Source of the DNA: Candidatus Woesearchaeota archaeon
GTDB lineage: Archaea > Nanobdellota > Nanobdellia > SCGC-AAA011-G17 > GW2011-AR20
DNA length: 64,000 nt
Reading direction: 5' to 3'
NCBI GenBank assembly: GCA_018303025.1
Contig: JAGVYZ010000014.1
Coordinates: 21,145-85,144, forward strand
The notes below the pieces were generated by a model. It did no database searches and was not told the DNA's origin. It saw only the letters and a program-made list of their open reading frames with translations. Every line of letters starts with the position of its first letter. The stretch's first letter is position 1. Positions 29,570 through 40,074 of this stretch are shown here, one piece after another. A program made the translations under genes and the position numbers.

Positions 29570-30312
29570 AGGCTGTTATTTTAGCTGGAGGAAAAGGAGA
29601 AAGATTTGGAAATATTAGTGGAGAAATTCCAAAAGTTATGGCTTCTTTGAATGAAAAACCATTACTAGAACATACTATCAATTGGCTTAAACAAAATGGA
29701 GTTAATGAAGTTGTTTTATGCACTGGATATAAAAAAGAATTTATTGAAGATTATTTTGGAAATGGAGAAAAGTTTAATGTTTCCATTAAATATTCTCATG
29801 AAGATGAACCTAAAGGAACTGGGGGAGCATTAAAATTAGCTGAAAAATATTTAGATGAAACTTTTGTTTTAATTAATGGTGATTGTTTAATCGATTGTGA
29901 TTTGAAAAAAGCAATTGAAAAACATGAGAATGAGAAAAGCATTGCTACTATTAATTTAACTGAAGCTAAAAACCCAGAACATCAGGAATTGATTAAATTT
30001 GATGATAAATTTAATGTTTTAGAAATTTTACAAAGAAATAGTGAAAAACATAAGGAGCATATGAAAAATTCTAATGAGTTATATTGTAATTCTGGATTAT
30101 TTATATTTGAACCTGAAGTTTTAAAGGAATTACCTGAAGAAGGAAAATATGCTTTAGAACCAACTTTATTTCCAAAATTATTTGAAAATAATAAAAAAAT
30201 TAAAGCGTTTTATGAAAATGGAGTCTATATTGAAATAGGAAATCCTGAATTATATAAAAAAGCAAGTGAAAATATTAATGTTAAAAAATTCTTAGAGGCG
30301 ATAGGAGAATAA
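29563..30312 (+). CDS. hddC: Sugar-1-phosphate nucleotidyltransferase (HddC-like)
   Basis: MVKAVILAGGKGERFG G-loop. 7-nt overlap with the upstream kinase. Confidence 0.7.
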   Translation: MVKAVILAGGKGERFGNISGEIPKVMASLNEKPLLEHTINWLKQNGVNEVVLCTGYKKEFIEDYFGNGEKFNVSIKYSHEDEPKGTGGALKLAEKYLDETFVLINGDCLIDCDLKKAIEKHENEKSIATINLTEAKNPEHQELIKFDDKFNVLEILQRNSEKHKEHMKNSNELYCNSGLFIFEPEVLKELPEEGKYALEPTLFPKLFENNKKIKAFYENGVYIEIGNPELYKKASENINVKKFLEAIGE

Positions 30313-30313
30313 A

Positions 30314-31360
30314 ATGTCAGAGATATATTTAGGTTTTGGAGAGAAATTAACAATTGAACAAGGAAAAGAAGGAAGAACTTTTTCATTATATTTGCCTGGC
30401 AAACCAGAAGTTAGTACAAAAGAAATAAAACCAAATCCTCATGTTTGGCTTAAAAAAATAGAGGAATTGAGAAGAACAGGAAGTGTAGAAATCTCTGGAA
30501 ATGAAACACCTGTTGTAACACATTCTGCTGGTTCAATTTCTGTTTTTTATGAAAATGGAGAAAGAAAATATGTATCTTTTTCTCAAAAAGATGAAAGTGC
30601 ACCAAGAGATCCTGGATTTAGGGTTCCGAGAAATGGATTTCCCAGTAATTCTGGAGAGTGGTTTACAAATAGACATTTATATAGAGAAAGTTGGGAAGAA
30701 GGAATCTTTTTAACAGAAGATGGAAGATTAGTCTTGCCAAAGAGTCCTATATACGATTATATAATAAAAAATGTTGCAAAAAGAATAGTAGAACAAACTG
30801 GTTTAAAGATTCGAGGAAGTAAAAGAACAAAGATAAATTTTGAAAATGGAAAAGATACGCTCGAAATTTTTTATGGACCTGAAAAAAAATGCATGTTATT
30901 TGATTATGGGGCAATTAGTTGGACACCTGAAACTGGTTTTAATTTTATAAAAGAAATGGCCGTTTATGCTCCCATCTCTGATTTAAGATTAATTGATGGA
31001 GAAACATTTCCAGATGGAAAGGTAATTGGAAGAGACATATGTATTATTGATTTAGAACAGTTGCAGGGAAAAACATTTGGAGATGAAATAGAAGAAGAAG
31101 TTCATTCTTTTAGGGATGGAAAATTTGTAAGAACAAAACGAAATTCTAGATTTTTAACCGACAGAGTACCAAGATCATTCTTAAGCTCATTAATATATAA
31201 AGGAAAACCAGTTTATCCTGCTGATGCTATTGATGAAGCTTATGCATTTGTTTCAGATGAACAGGTATTAAGAACATTTGATGAACATGAAGCCAAAGGA
31301 GAAGATCCAAATAAGTTTAAATGGTCCACTTTAGAAAGAAAATTAAGATTAGGGGAATAA
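30314..31360 (+). CDS. Hypothetical soluble protein, unknown function, inside the sugar-activation operon
   Basis: 348 aa with no TM helices. R/G/E-rich composition unlike its neighbours. Separated by only 1 nt from the upstream gene and abuts the downstream GT2. Confidence 0.5.
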   Translation: MSEIYLGFGEKLTIEQGKEGRTFSLYLPGKPEVSTKEIKPNPHVWLKKIEELRRTGSVEISGNETPVVTHSAGSISVFYENGERKYVSFSQKDESAPRDPGFRVPRNGFPSNSGEWFTNRHLYRESWEEGIFLTEDGRLVLPKSPIYDYIIKNVAKRIVEQTGLKIRGSKRTKINFENGKDTLEIFYGPEKKCMLFDYGAISWTPETGFNFIKEMAVYAPISDLRLIDGETFPDGKVIGRDICIIDLEQLQGKTFGDEIEEEVHSFRDGKFVRTKRNSRFLTDRVPRSFLSSLIYKGKPVYPADAIDEAYAFVSDEQVLRTFDEHEAKGEDPNKFKWSTLERKLRLGE

Positions 31361-32236
31361 ATGATATCAATTGTAATAACCTCATTTAAAGAACCTAAAA
31401 CAATAGGAAAAGCAATAGAAGCAATTCTAAATCAGAAGATAAATGATGATTATGAATTAATTGTTGCTGCTCCTGATGATGAAACATTAGATGTTGCTAA
31501 AAAATATAAAAAAGTTACTATTTTTAAAGATCCTGGGAAAGGAAAAAGTTTTGCCTTGAACTTATTATTTAAAAAATTAAAAAGTGATATCTTAGTTTTT
31601 ACTGATGGAGATGTTTTCTTAGGTGAAAATTCAATTAATGGAATATTAAAAATATTTGAAGATGAAAAAATAGGAGTTGTTTCAGGAAGACCGGTTTCTG
31701 ATGATAATAAAAAAAATATGTTTGGATATTGGTCTCATTTATTGTTAGATGCTGGTGCACATAATATAAGAAAGAAACTATTTACAAAAGGAAAATTTTT
31801 AGAATGCACTGGTTATTTGTTTGCTTTTAGAAACAAAATTGTTGATAAAATTCCATTAGATGTTGCTGAAGATTCTTATATTCCTTATGTTTTCTGGAAA
31901 AAGGGATATAATATAGGTTATTGTGAGGATGCTAAAGTTTACATAAAAAATCCAACTAATTTAAAAGATTGGTTAAAACAAAAGGCAAGGACTTCTAAAG
32001 CTCATGAAACATTACAACATTATGCTCCTGATTTTCCAAGAGTTAAATCTTTTACAAATGAAGTGTTATATGGCGTATTTTGGGCTTTGAGTTATCCTAG
32101 AACTATAAAAGAGTTCTTTTGGACCTTAAATTTATTTTTTATTAGATTTTATATGTGGATGTTAGTTTTTGTTGATACTAAGTTTAAGAAGAAAACTTAT
32201 AGTGATGGCTGGGAAAGAGTTGAAAGTACTAAATAA
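31361..32236 (+). CDS. Glycosyltransferase family 2
   Basis: Starts MISIVITSFKEPKTIGKAIEAIL. Has a DxD at FTDGDVF. Confidence 0.65.
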   Translation: MISIVITSFKEPKTIGKAIEAILNQKINDDYELIVAAPDDETLDVAKKYKKVTIFKDPGKGKSFALNLLFKKLKSDILVFTDGDVFLGENSINGILKIFEDEKIGVVSGRPVSDDNKKNMFGYWSHLLLDAGAHNIRKKLFTKGKFLECTGYLFAFRNKIVDKIPLDVAEDSYIPYVFWKKGYNIGYCEDAKVYIKNPTNLKDWLKQKARTSKAHETLQHYAPDFPRVKSFTNEVLYGVFWALSYPRTIKEFFWTLNLFFIRFYMWMLVFVDTKFKKKTYSDGWERVESTK

Positions 32237-32270
32237 AAAGCATTTTAAATTAGAATATTTTTAGTTATTT

Positions 32271-33803
32271 ATGACATTTGAAGAAAAAACAAGAGAATTT
32301 TTCAAAGATAAAGAAAATAGATACTTGGCTTTAATTTTGATTTTTGCTTTTTTAATAAGATTATTTTATTTCATGAAAACTTTTCAACAGCCATTATGGT
32401 GGGATGAAGCAGAATATATGTCCATGGCTAAAAGCTTGTTCTTTAATATTCCTTATGAATTTAATAGCCAAAGACCAATATTATTCCCATTATTAGAAGG
32501 AATTGTAATGTGGATATTTGCTAAAAGTGAATTTATGGTAAGATTGTTGCTTGTATTTTTGCCATCACTTGCTTTGGTTTATGTTTCATATTTATTAGGA
32601 AAAGAAATGTTTGACAAGAAAATAGGATTATTTATTGCATTTTTAACTTCTTGTTCATGGATTATCTTGTTTAATACGACAAGGATACATACTGATATTT
32701 TAGCTATGCTACTTATTTATACTGCTATTTTAATTTTATGGAAATATGTTAAAAATGAAGAGAAAAAGTATTTATGGTTGATTGGAATTTTGATTGTATC
32801 TTCTTTTATGATAAGACTGGTTTCTGCTTTAATGGGATTTGTAATTTTAATATTCTTGCTATTGATTTACAAACTTGATTTTTTAAAAGAAAAAAAATTA
32901 TGGATAGCGGTTATTCTAGGAATTTTATTATTAATGCCTTACTTAGTTTGGAGCCATTATACTTTCAATAATGCAACTGCTTTTTTATCAGGTTCTCATA
33001 TAACCAGCGGAACAGAAGGCAAATATAGTGAAATTGGATGGCATGTACTAACAGATATTTTTCCATGGTTATTTGGAATATCTCCTGGAAATTGGAATAT
33101 TACAAGTCTTAACGGATTTTTTTCAGTTATGGCATTTTTGCTATTTTTTATAGGTTTTATTTTTACATTAAGCCTGATTTTTATTAAAATTGATACTTTG
33201 ATAAAGAAAGGCAAAGAGTTTAAAGATAAAGAAAACTTGTTTTTACTATTGTGGATTATATCCTATATGGCTTTTTTTGTATTTTTAATCAAAGATGTAG
33301 AAGACAGATGGCTAATGCCTCTTGCTTTTGCTTTGTTTGCTTTAATAGCGCAAGTTGTTTTTTATATTAGGGAAGAGATTAAAAATGTTAACTTGAAAAA
33401 AGCCCTTGTTATAATTGTTTTGTTTGGATTTTTCTTTGTAAACTTTGTTACTGCTGATAATGTAATTCAAAGTAAGGTAACGAGCTATGGGCCTGTAAAA
33501 GATTCTGCATTATGGGTTAAAGAAAGAACAAATCCAGGTGATATCGTGATTACACAATCATCTACACAGTATACTTATTATGCTGAAAGGCAAATTATAA
33601 AATTTAATTCCAATGCTTCTGCATTTGAAGAAGATTTAGTTAAATATAAGCCAAAATATGTTGTTGCATCTGCATTTGAAGGTCATCCTGCCTGGGTGTT
33701 TAATTATTTGCAAGAAAATCAAAATAGATTCATAACTGTGCAGGGTTACATGATGAATGAGAACCAGCCTGCTTTAATTGTTTATGAAGTTAAATATTCT
33801 TAA
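32271..33803 (+). CDS. GT-C fold membrane glycosyltransferase (ArnT/PMT-like)
   Basis: 510 aa with more than 10 TM helices and a C-terminal soluble domain. Confidence 0.55.
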   Translation: MTFEEKTREFFKDKENRYLALILIFAFLIRLFYFMKTFQQPLWWDEAEYMSMAKSLFFNIPYEFNSQRPILFPLLEGIVMWIFAKSEFMVRLLLVFLPSLALVYVSYLLGKEMFDKKIGLFIAFLTSCSWIILFNTTRIHTDILAMLLIYTAILILWKYVKNEEKKYLWLIGILIVSSFMIRLVSALMGFVILIFLLLIYKLDFLKEKKLWIAVILGILLLMPYLVWSHYTFNNATAFLSGSHITSGTEGKYSEIGWHVLTDIFPWLFGISPGNWNITSLNGFFSVMAFLLFFIGFIFTLSLIFIKIDTLIKKGKEFKDKENLFLLLWIISYMAFFVFLIKDVEDRWLMPLAFALFALIAQVVFYIREEIKNVNLKKALVIIVLFGFFFVNFVTADNVIQSKVTSYGPVKDSALWVKERTNPGDIVITQSSTQYTYYAERQIIKFNSNASAFEEDLVKYKPKYVVASAFEGHPAWVFNYLQENQNRFITVQGYMMNENQPALIVYEVKYS

Positions 33804-33871
33804 TTAAATTTCCAGAATATATAACTAAACAGACTAAAAGTTTATAAATACTATAAGGAATATTTTAAAAA

Positions 33872-34864
33872 ATGAAATTTTCTGTTATAATCCCTGTAAG
33901 AAAGATATGTGAATATACCTATGAGGCTATTCCTTATTTTAAAGAGCAATCATACAAAGATTTTGAAATAATTATTGTATCAGAAGCAGATGAAGAAAAG
34001 AAATTCTACAAAACCAAAATAATTAAAGTTGGAAGAATTCCGCCTGCTGAAAAAAGAAATTTGGGAGCAAAATATGCAAAAGGCGAAATTCTTGCTTTTA
34101 TTGATGATGATGCTTATCCTGAAAAAGATTGGCTGCAAATTGCTTTCAAAAATTTTCAGGATAAAGAAATTATTGCAATTGGTGGACCTGGACTTGTGCC
34201 AAAAAATGCAACTTTTTTTCAAAAAATCTCAAGCAAGGTATATGACTTAAGCTCTGAAAAAACAGGCATTAGGTACAAAAAAGGCAAGAAGCAAGAAATT
34301 GATGATTGGCCTACCTGTAATTTTTTTGTAAGAAAGAATGAATTTATGAAAATTGGGGGTTTTGATTCAAAATACTGGGGTGTAGAAGACACACTCTTAT
34401 GCCATTCCCTTTCAAAGATAGGGAAAAAAATGATATATAATCCTGAATTAATTGTTTATCATCATCCAAGAAAAACTTTAAAGCAACACCTTAAACAAAC
34501 TTTCTTTTGGGGGATGTGGAGGGGTTTTTTTATAAAAAAACATTTAAATCAGGCATTTAATCCATTATTTTTTATACCTTCTGCATTTGTAATCTGGCTT
34601 ACAGCCGGAGGATTAATTTCTTTGACAAATAGATATTTTGCTGGTGTTTATTGCATATCTATTTTATTATATTTTATTTATCTCATAATAGCTGGAATAA
34701 GAACAAAAAAAATAAGTTTTTTTATACCCGTAGTGTTCTTGATGCTTTTAACTCATCTCTCTTATGGAATCGGATTTTTAAGAGGCCTATTTTCTTTTAG
34801 AAATGGTCCGACAAAACAAACTTTAAATCCTTCTGAAAAGTTAAAAATAGGGGCAAAAATATGA
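33872..34864 (+). CDS. Glycosyltransferase family 2 with C-terminal TM helices
   Basis: Starts MKFSVIIPV and has a FIDDDAYP DxD. The C-terminal ~90 aa are hydrophobic. Confidence 0.7.
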   Translation: MKFSVIIPVRKICEYTYEAIPYFKEQSYKDFEIIIVSEADEEKKFYKTKIIKVGRIPPAEKRNLGAKYAKGEILAFIDDDAYPEKDWLQIAFKNFQDKEIIAIGGPGLVPKNATFFQKISSKVYDLSSEKTGIRYKKGKKQEIDDWPTCNFFVRKNEFMKIGGFDSKYWGVEDTLLCHSLSKIGKKMIYNPELIVYHHPRKTLKQHLKQTFFWGMWRGFFIKKHLNQAFNPLFFIPSAFVIWLTAGGLISLTNRYFAGVYCISILLYFIYLIIAGIRTKKISFFIPVVFLMLLTHLSYGIGFLRGLFSFRNGPTKQTLNPSEKLKIGAKI

Positions 34865-35838
34865 AAATTAGCATAATTCTTCCCACTTATAATAATGAAA
34901 AAACAATTGAAGAATGCCTTAAAAGTATATTTATGCAGGATTTTGAAGAGAAAGAATTTGAAGTGCTTTTCATTGACGGAGGCAGTTCTGATAAAACCAT
35001 AGAAATTTCTAAAAAATTTCCAGTAGTATTTTTAAAAAATCCAAAAAGAAACGAAGAAGCAGCAAGAATTCTTGGAATAAAAAAAGCAAAAGGAGAGATA
35101 ATTACCTTCATTGATGCAGATAATGTTCTTAAAGAAAAAGACTGGCTAACTAGAATGATAGAGCCTTTTGAAGATAAAGAAATCGCTTTTGCGGATACAT
35201 TATACTTTTTTTACAGAAAAAATGACAAGATTAGAGTCAAATATCAGGCATTAATAGGAGGAGATGACCCGCTAGTTATGTATCTTGGATTTTATTCTAG
35301 ATGGTGTTATCTGAAATCAGACTGGACAGATTATCCTTATTCTTTTGAAGATAAGGGTAATTTTTTAAAAATAAGATTAAAAAACAAAAACAAAGTTCCT
35401 GCAATGGGTTCAAATGGTTTTTTAGTGAGAAAATATTTAGCAAAAATGTTGATAAGAGAAAGCTTTATTCATCCTGACTTTGTTTTTGATCTTGTCAATA
35501 ATGGGCATAATTGCTTTGCAAAAGTCAGAATAGGCATTGTTCACAATCAACCAAAATTTTTCCCAAATAAAATAAGAAGAATTAAACGAAGATTAGACAA
35601 AGAAGTAACTATGAAGTACAATTATGGTCTGACAAAAAAGAATATTATTAAAAAAATGATTTATATTGGACTGATTTTACCTGTTTTTTATGATACGATT
35701 AAAGGTTTTATCAAAAAACCTTGCTTAGCGTGGTCTTTTCATCCTGTTGCTTGTTTTGGAGAGATTTTTTTGCATGTATTTTATAATTTAAAATATATTG
35801 TAATGCCTAAATTTAAAAGAAAGGAGAACATTAAATAG
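34861..35838 (+). CDS. Glycosyltransferase family 2
   Basis: Starts MKISIILPTYNNEKTI and has a FIDADNV DxD. ATGA overlap with the upstream gene. Confidence 0.65.
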   Translation: MKISIILPTYNNEKTIEECLKSIFMQDFEEKEFEVLFIDGGSSDKTIEISKKFPVVFLKNPKRNEEAARILGIKKAKGEIITFIDADNVLKEKDWLTRMIEPFEDKEIAFADTLYFFYRKNDKIRVKYQALIGGDDPLVMYLGFYSRWCYLKSDWTDYPYSFEDKGNFLKIRLKNKNKVPAMGSNGFLVRKYLAKMLIRESFIHPDFVFDLVNNGHNCFAKVRIGIVHNQPKFFPNKIRRIKRRLDKEVTMKYNYGLTKKNIIKKMIYIGLILPVFYDTIKGFIKKPCLAWSFHPVACFGEIFLHVFYNLKYIVMPKFKRKENIK

Positions 35839-35859
35839 AGATTTATACTAAGAATATTT

Positions 35860-36978
35860 TTATTTTTCAAACAATCGTTTTATACTTTCTTTATCATATC
35901 TTAATGAATTTAATAAATTACATTGATGAGTACAAACACATGATTTTGTTTTATTTCTTATTTCATTTGCTTTGTCGCTTGTCCATAATTTATGAAAATC
36001 CCATCCAAAATCATTTAAATTAGCAAAAGGTTTTGTAAACTCGCAAATGCTGACATCACCACTAGGGTAAACTATTGCATCAACATAACCTGCTGTGCAG
36101 TTCATGAATCTTTTTTTCTCATCTAAAACCCTGATAAAATAATCATTGACTAATTCTATTGATTTTGATAATAAATGAGAATCTCCTTTATCCATCTTCT
36201 TGACTAATTCTTGTAGTTTAAGCATTTCTTCTTTTGATAAAACATTATCAGAGCTATCAAAATCACTTAGAATATTCTTATCGATATTGAAAACATGCTG
36301 GCTTGCGCTTCGGACAAACTGGATTCCATGAAAAACGTTTAGTTTTTTTGTTTCTTCTATAAAAGATTCAATATATGGATAATTTTTCTTAGAAACAGTT
36401 GTGGAAATGCTTAAACTTAATTTTGGATTTTTTATTTGCTTCAATTTATTCAGTGTTTCTATAGCCTTTTTATACGTACCTTTTACACCTCTTATTTTAT
36501 CATGAACTTCTTCTGGGCCGTCCAAAGATATTTGAACAGCTACATCTAAATTTGTTTTATTTAGAATTTCCTTTACTTTTTGGAAAATTATATCGGGCAA
36601 TGTCCCATTTGTAGCTAAAATTATTTTTTTTGTTCTTGCCTTATCTAATAAAATGCAGATTTCAACTATGTCTTTTCTGAGAAATGTTTCTCCGCCTGTC
36701 AAAACAACTGAAATTAATGGATTTTTTAAACTTTGGACTAATTTTTTTATGTCTTCTAAAGAGGTTTTTTCTTCTTTGTTTAAATGACCTGCATAAAAGC
36801 AATGACTGCATTTTAAATTACAATTGTCTGTTAAAAACAAGTTAATAATAATGGGTGTTTTTGCGCTATTTTTTTCTTTTAGAACTGAATAATAAACTAA
36901 TTCTAAAGAAAGATTCTTCAGAGGACTAGGCAGATTCTTTATTATTTTATACGCCTTTTCTCTTAAGTTAGATTTCAT
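35860..36978 (-). CDS. Radical SAM enzyme with a C-terminal SPASM/twitch auxiliary-cluster domain (BtrN/anSME-like)
   Basis: CxxxCxxC at TDNCNLKCSHCFY. C-terminal Cys-rich CTAGY...CEF...CVCTHQC. Confidence 0.75.
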   Translation of the reverse strand: MKSNLREKAYKIIKNLPSPLKNLSLELVYYSVLKEKNSAKTPIIINLFLTDNCNLKCSHCFYAGHLNKEEKTSLEDIKKLVQSLKNPLISVVLTGGETFLRKDIVEICILLDKARTKKIILATNGTLPDIIFQKVKEILNKTNLDVAVQISLDGPEEVHDKIRGVKGTYKKAIETLNKLKQIKNPKLSLSISTTVSKKNYPYIESFIEETKKLNVFHGIQFVRSASQHVFNIDKNILSDFDSSDNVLSKEEMLKLQELVKKMDKGDSHLLSKSIELVNDYFIRVLDEKKRFMNCTAGYVDAIVYPSGDVSICEFTKPFANLNDFGWDFHKLWTSDKANEIRNKTKSCVCTHQCNLLNSLRYDKESIKRLFEK

Positions 36979-37948
36979 TTTTTATAAAATCTGGATTTTC
37001 TCTTCTTATTCTTAATGTTTCAGCCAGATGCATTAAATTCCACCAATAGGCTTTAAGTAAGTTTCTATAAGAATAAATTACCAAAATCAATATTTTTTTT
37101 ATTTTTCCACAATCTTTCTTTTTTTGACTTTTATCAAGCCAAGCGACTTTTTCCAATGGTTTTTGTGAAAATTCCTTTATTCTTGCTGGAAGCAATTTAA
37201 ATGCATAATAAATATCAATTAAGGGAAGGAAAATCAGGAAATAGAATTTTTCTTTTTTTATTAGAAATCTGATACGATTTTTGTGAAAGAGGAAAAAATT
37301 AGAAGTTCTGCCTGTGTTTGAAACATGATGATAAGCTGCAATTTTATCATCCATAATGCATTTTAAACCCTTTTTTCTTACTCTCCATCCAAGATCATTG
37401 TCTTCATATCCATAAATGTAATATGGGTCAAAACCACCCAGTTCTTTTAACAAAGATAAAGGCATAATACAATTAGAAGTAGGAACATAATCTGTTTCTT
37501 TCATTTTTAAACTGTCAAACCAGGAGAATAAACCATCTCCATTTCTTTCACTATTGCCCAGCCTGATTTTTCCATTAATTATTTCTCCACCTAGCTGTCC
37601 AATTTTTTTTCTTTCATTTGATTCCATTAGATTTAACATTAATTGCAATGTATTTTCTGATTTAAGTTCTGCATCTGAATCTAGAAATAAAACATATTTT
37701 GACGTTATAATCCTTAATGCTTGGTTTCTTGCTTCACTTGCACCAATATTGGAACTATTTAAAATAAGTTTTAGCCTTGAATTTAATTTTTGTTTTAAAT
37801 TTTTTAAAAATTCTCTTGTACCATCTTTGCTTCCATTATCTACTATGATTATTTCATAATCTTCATAATTTTGAGATAAAATGCTATTAATGCACCTCTC
37901 TAAATCATCTTTTCTGTTAAAAGAAGGTATTACTATGCTTAAATTCAT
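36968..37948 (-). CDS. Glycosyltransferase family 2
   Basis: Starts MNLSIVIPSFNR and has a DxD at FLDSDAE. Confidence 0.7.
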   Translation of the reverse strand: MNLSIVIPSFNRKDDLERCINSILSQNYEDYEIIIVDNGSKDGTREFLKNLKQKLNSRLKLILNSSNIGASEARNQALRIITSKYVLFLDSDAELKSENTLQLMLNLMESNERKKIGQLGGEIINGKIRLGNSERNGDGLFSWFDSLKMKETDYVPTSNCIMPLSLLKELGGFDPYYIYGYEDNDLGWRVRKKGLKCIMDDKIAAYHHVSNTGRTSNFFLFHKNRIRFLIKKEKFYFLIFLPLIDIYYAFKLLPARIKEFSQKPLEKVAWLDKSQKKKDCGKIKKILILVIYSYRNLLKAYWWNLMHLAETLRIRRENPDFIKNEI

Positions 37949-37949
37949 T

Positions 37950-38657
37950 TTAGTCTAAAAAACGATACTTTAACAAGTAATATAAAGCTTTCATTCCGTC
38001 TTTCCAAGTAATCTTTTTGCCTTCATCAAATTTTCTAGGGCTATAAGTTATTGGGACTTCTTTTATTTTCATGCCTTTTTTTAGAAATTTAGCAGTTATT
38101 TCCGGCTCAAAATCAAATCTTGTTGCTTTTAATTTAATATTGTTTAATGCTTCTTTCTTAAAAACTTTATAGCCTGTTTCCATATCTGTTATTTTTGAAA
38201 AAAACAGCAACTGAGTAATAAAACTTAAGAATTTATTTCCAATAAAGTGCAAAGGAAGGATTGTTGACTTTGTTTTAAATTTGCTAGTTAGATTAAAACC
38301 CATAAACCTAGAACCATAAACAACAGATGTTTCATTAGACAATATTGGTTTTAATAGAGAAGGATAATCTTCTGGTGAATATTCCAAATCTGCATCTTGT
38401 ATTAAAATAATATCTCCTGTTGCTTCTTTAAGACCTGTTTTAATTGCTGAACCCTTACCTTTATTTTTTGGATGAAATAGAACAATATATTTCTTAGTAT
38501 ACTTTTTTAATAATTCTCTTGTACCATCCTTAGAAAAATCATCTATGAGGATTATCTCTTTTTTTATATTCTTTAATTCAATTTTTTCTATTCTTGAGAT
38601 TATCTCTTCAATTGTTTCTTTCTCATTATAAATGGGTATTATGATTGATAGTTTCAT
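37950..38657 (-). CDS. GT2 polyprenyl-phosphate sugar synthase (DPM1-like)
   Basis: Starts MKLSIIIPIYNEKETIEEII and has the DxD LIQDADLEYSPED. Separated by 1 nt from the upstream gene. Confidence 0.75.
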   Translation of the reverse strand: MKLSIIIPIYNEKETIEEIISRIEKIELKNIKKEIILIDDFSKDGTRELLKKYTKKYIVLFHPKNKGKGSAIKTGLKEATGDIILIQDADLEYSPEDYPSLLKPILSNETSVVYGSRFMGFNLTSKFKTKSTILPLHFIGNKFLSFITQLLFFSKITDMETGYKVFKKEALNNIKLKATRFDFEPEITAKFLKKGMKIKEVPITYSPRKFDEGKKITWKDGMKALYYLLKYRFLD

Positions 38658-38667
38658 TTTAACATAA

Positions 38668-40056
38668 TTAGTTTAGTAACCACCTAAAAACTCTTTTAAA
38701 AACATATTTTGCATGATTAAATGAATTTATAGAACTTATAAAATCAATAACAATTTTAGGCCTAAAGTAAAATTTTATTAGTGCCTTTCTTCTGAGAAAT
38801 TTTAATTGCTTAAGTGTAATTCCTCTTGGAGAATAAGCAACGGTATTTAGGGCAAAATTTTCCCATTTTAGGTCTTTATTTTTTAATTCTTCCATGATTC
38901 TTGAACTAGCTTCTGTTCCTGGAAACGGCTTGAAGGTCATGAAGCTTGCCCTTTTTAGAGGAAGTGAGCAAGCAAAGCCTATTGTTTCATCAATATCTTT
39001 TATTGTTTCATCTGGATAACCTAAAATAAAAAAACCTACTGTATCCAAGCCTGCCTTATCCAGCATATTTAATTTTTCTCGGATAATTTCTTTGGACAGA
39101 CTCTTTTTCATGATTTTAAGGATTCTATCAGAACCAGACTCGATGCCTACGCTAACTGTATACAATCCTGTCTTTTTCATTAATTTTACAAGTTCTAAGT
39201 CTAACGAGTCTAAACGAATGCCATTTGGGCAAGCCCAGGTAATGTCTAATCTTCTTTTTATTAATTCATTACAAAAATCAATAACAAATTCTCTTTTTAA
39301 TGAAAAGTTATCATCTTCAATATGAATTTCATTTATACCATATTGCTTGTGCAATAATTCTATTTCATCTACAAAATTTTTAACAGACCTGTATCTTATT
39401 CTCCTTCCTGATATTAAAAATCCAGCACAGAAAGTACAGTGATAAGGACAACCGCGAGTTGCAAAAACAGGTGCTGTAGGCATTCTTTTAAAGAATGCGC
39501 CGTGCGGTGCTTGGGGATATGTATCTGGTTTAAGAAGATCCCAACTTGGATTCTTTAATTCATCTAAATTTTCTATGAACCTTTGTTGATTAACCTTTAT
39601 TTTGGATTTATCTTTCCAAATTAAAGAGGGAATTTGCTCTAATTTTATTTTCTTACCTGAAATATTGTCCATTAAGGCAGGAAATCCAATTTCTGCTTCT
39701 CCTTTGAATCCAAAATCTGCATGCAAATAATTAAAAATGTCTTTTATATTAGAAGAGGGTTCTGGACCTCCAACAATAATAATTATATCCTTATTAATAA
39801 TTCTTGAAAGATTTATCATCTCTTTTACAGTATGCTTATCAAAAGTATAGCATTGAATGCCTATAACATCATAATTTTCTTTTTCAAGCTCATCTTTAAA
39901 TTTCTGCAATGTTAATTTTTCTTTTATACCATCAATTATGGTTACATCGTGCTTATCTCTGACTGCTGTTGCCAAGTAACCCAAACCTAAAGGTGGCTGA
40001 ATTTCATCAGTAACTGAAAATGGCTTGATTAATAATATTTTTAATTTTTTATTCAT
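38668..40056 (-). CDS. Cobalamin-binding (class B) radical SAM enzyme
   Basis: A B12-binding-like N-terminal domain followed by TRGCPYHCTFCAG. Confidence 0.8.
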   Translation of the reverse strand: MNKKLKILLIKPFSVTDEIQPPLGLGYLATAVRDKHDVTIIDGIKEKLTLQKFKDELEKENYDVIGIQCYTFDKHTVKEMINLSRIINKDIIIIVGGPEPSSNIKDIFNYLHADFGFKGEAEIGFPALMDNISGKKIKLEQIPSLIWKDKSKIKVNQQRFIENLDELKNPSWDLLKPDTYPQAPHGAFFKRMPTAPVFATRGCPYHCTFCAGFLISGRRIRYRSVKNFVDEIELLHKQYGINEIHIEDDNFSLKREFVIDFCNELIKRRLDITWACPNGIRLDSLDLELVKLMKKTGLYTVSVGIESGSDRILKIMKKSLSKEIIREKLNMLDKAGLDTVGFFILGYPDETIKDIDETIGFACSLPLKRASFMTFKPFPGTEASSRIMEELKNKDLKWENFALNTVAYSPRGITLKQLKFLRRKALIKFYFRPKIVIDFISSINSFNHAKYVFKRVFRWLLN

Positions 40057-40074
40057 AATTTCTCCGTAGTAAAT

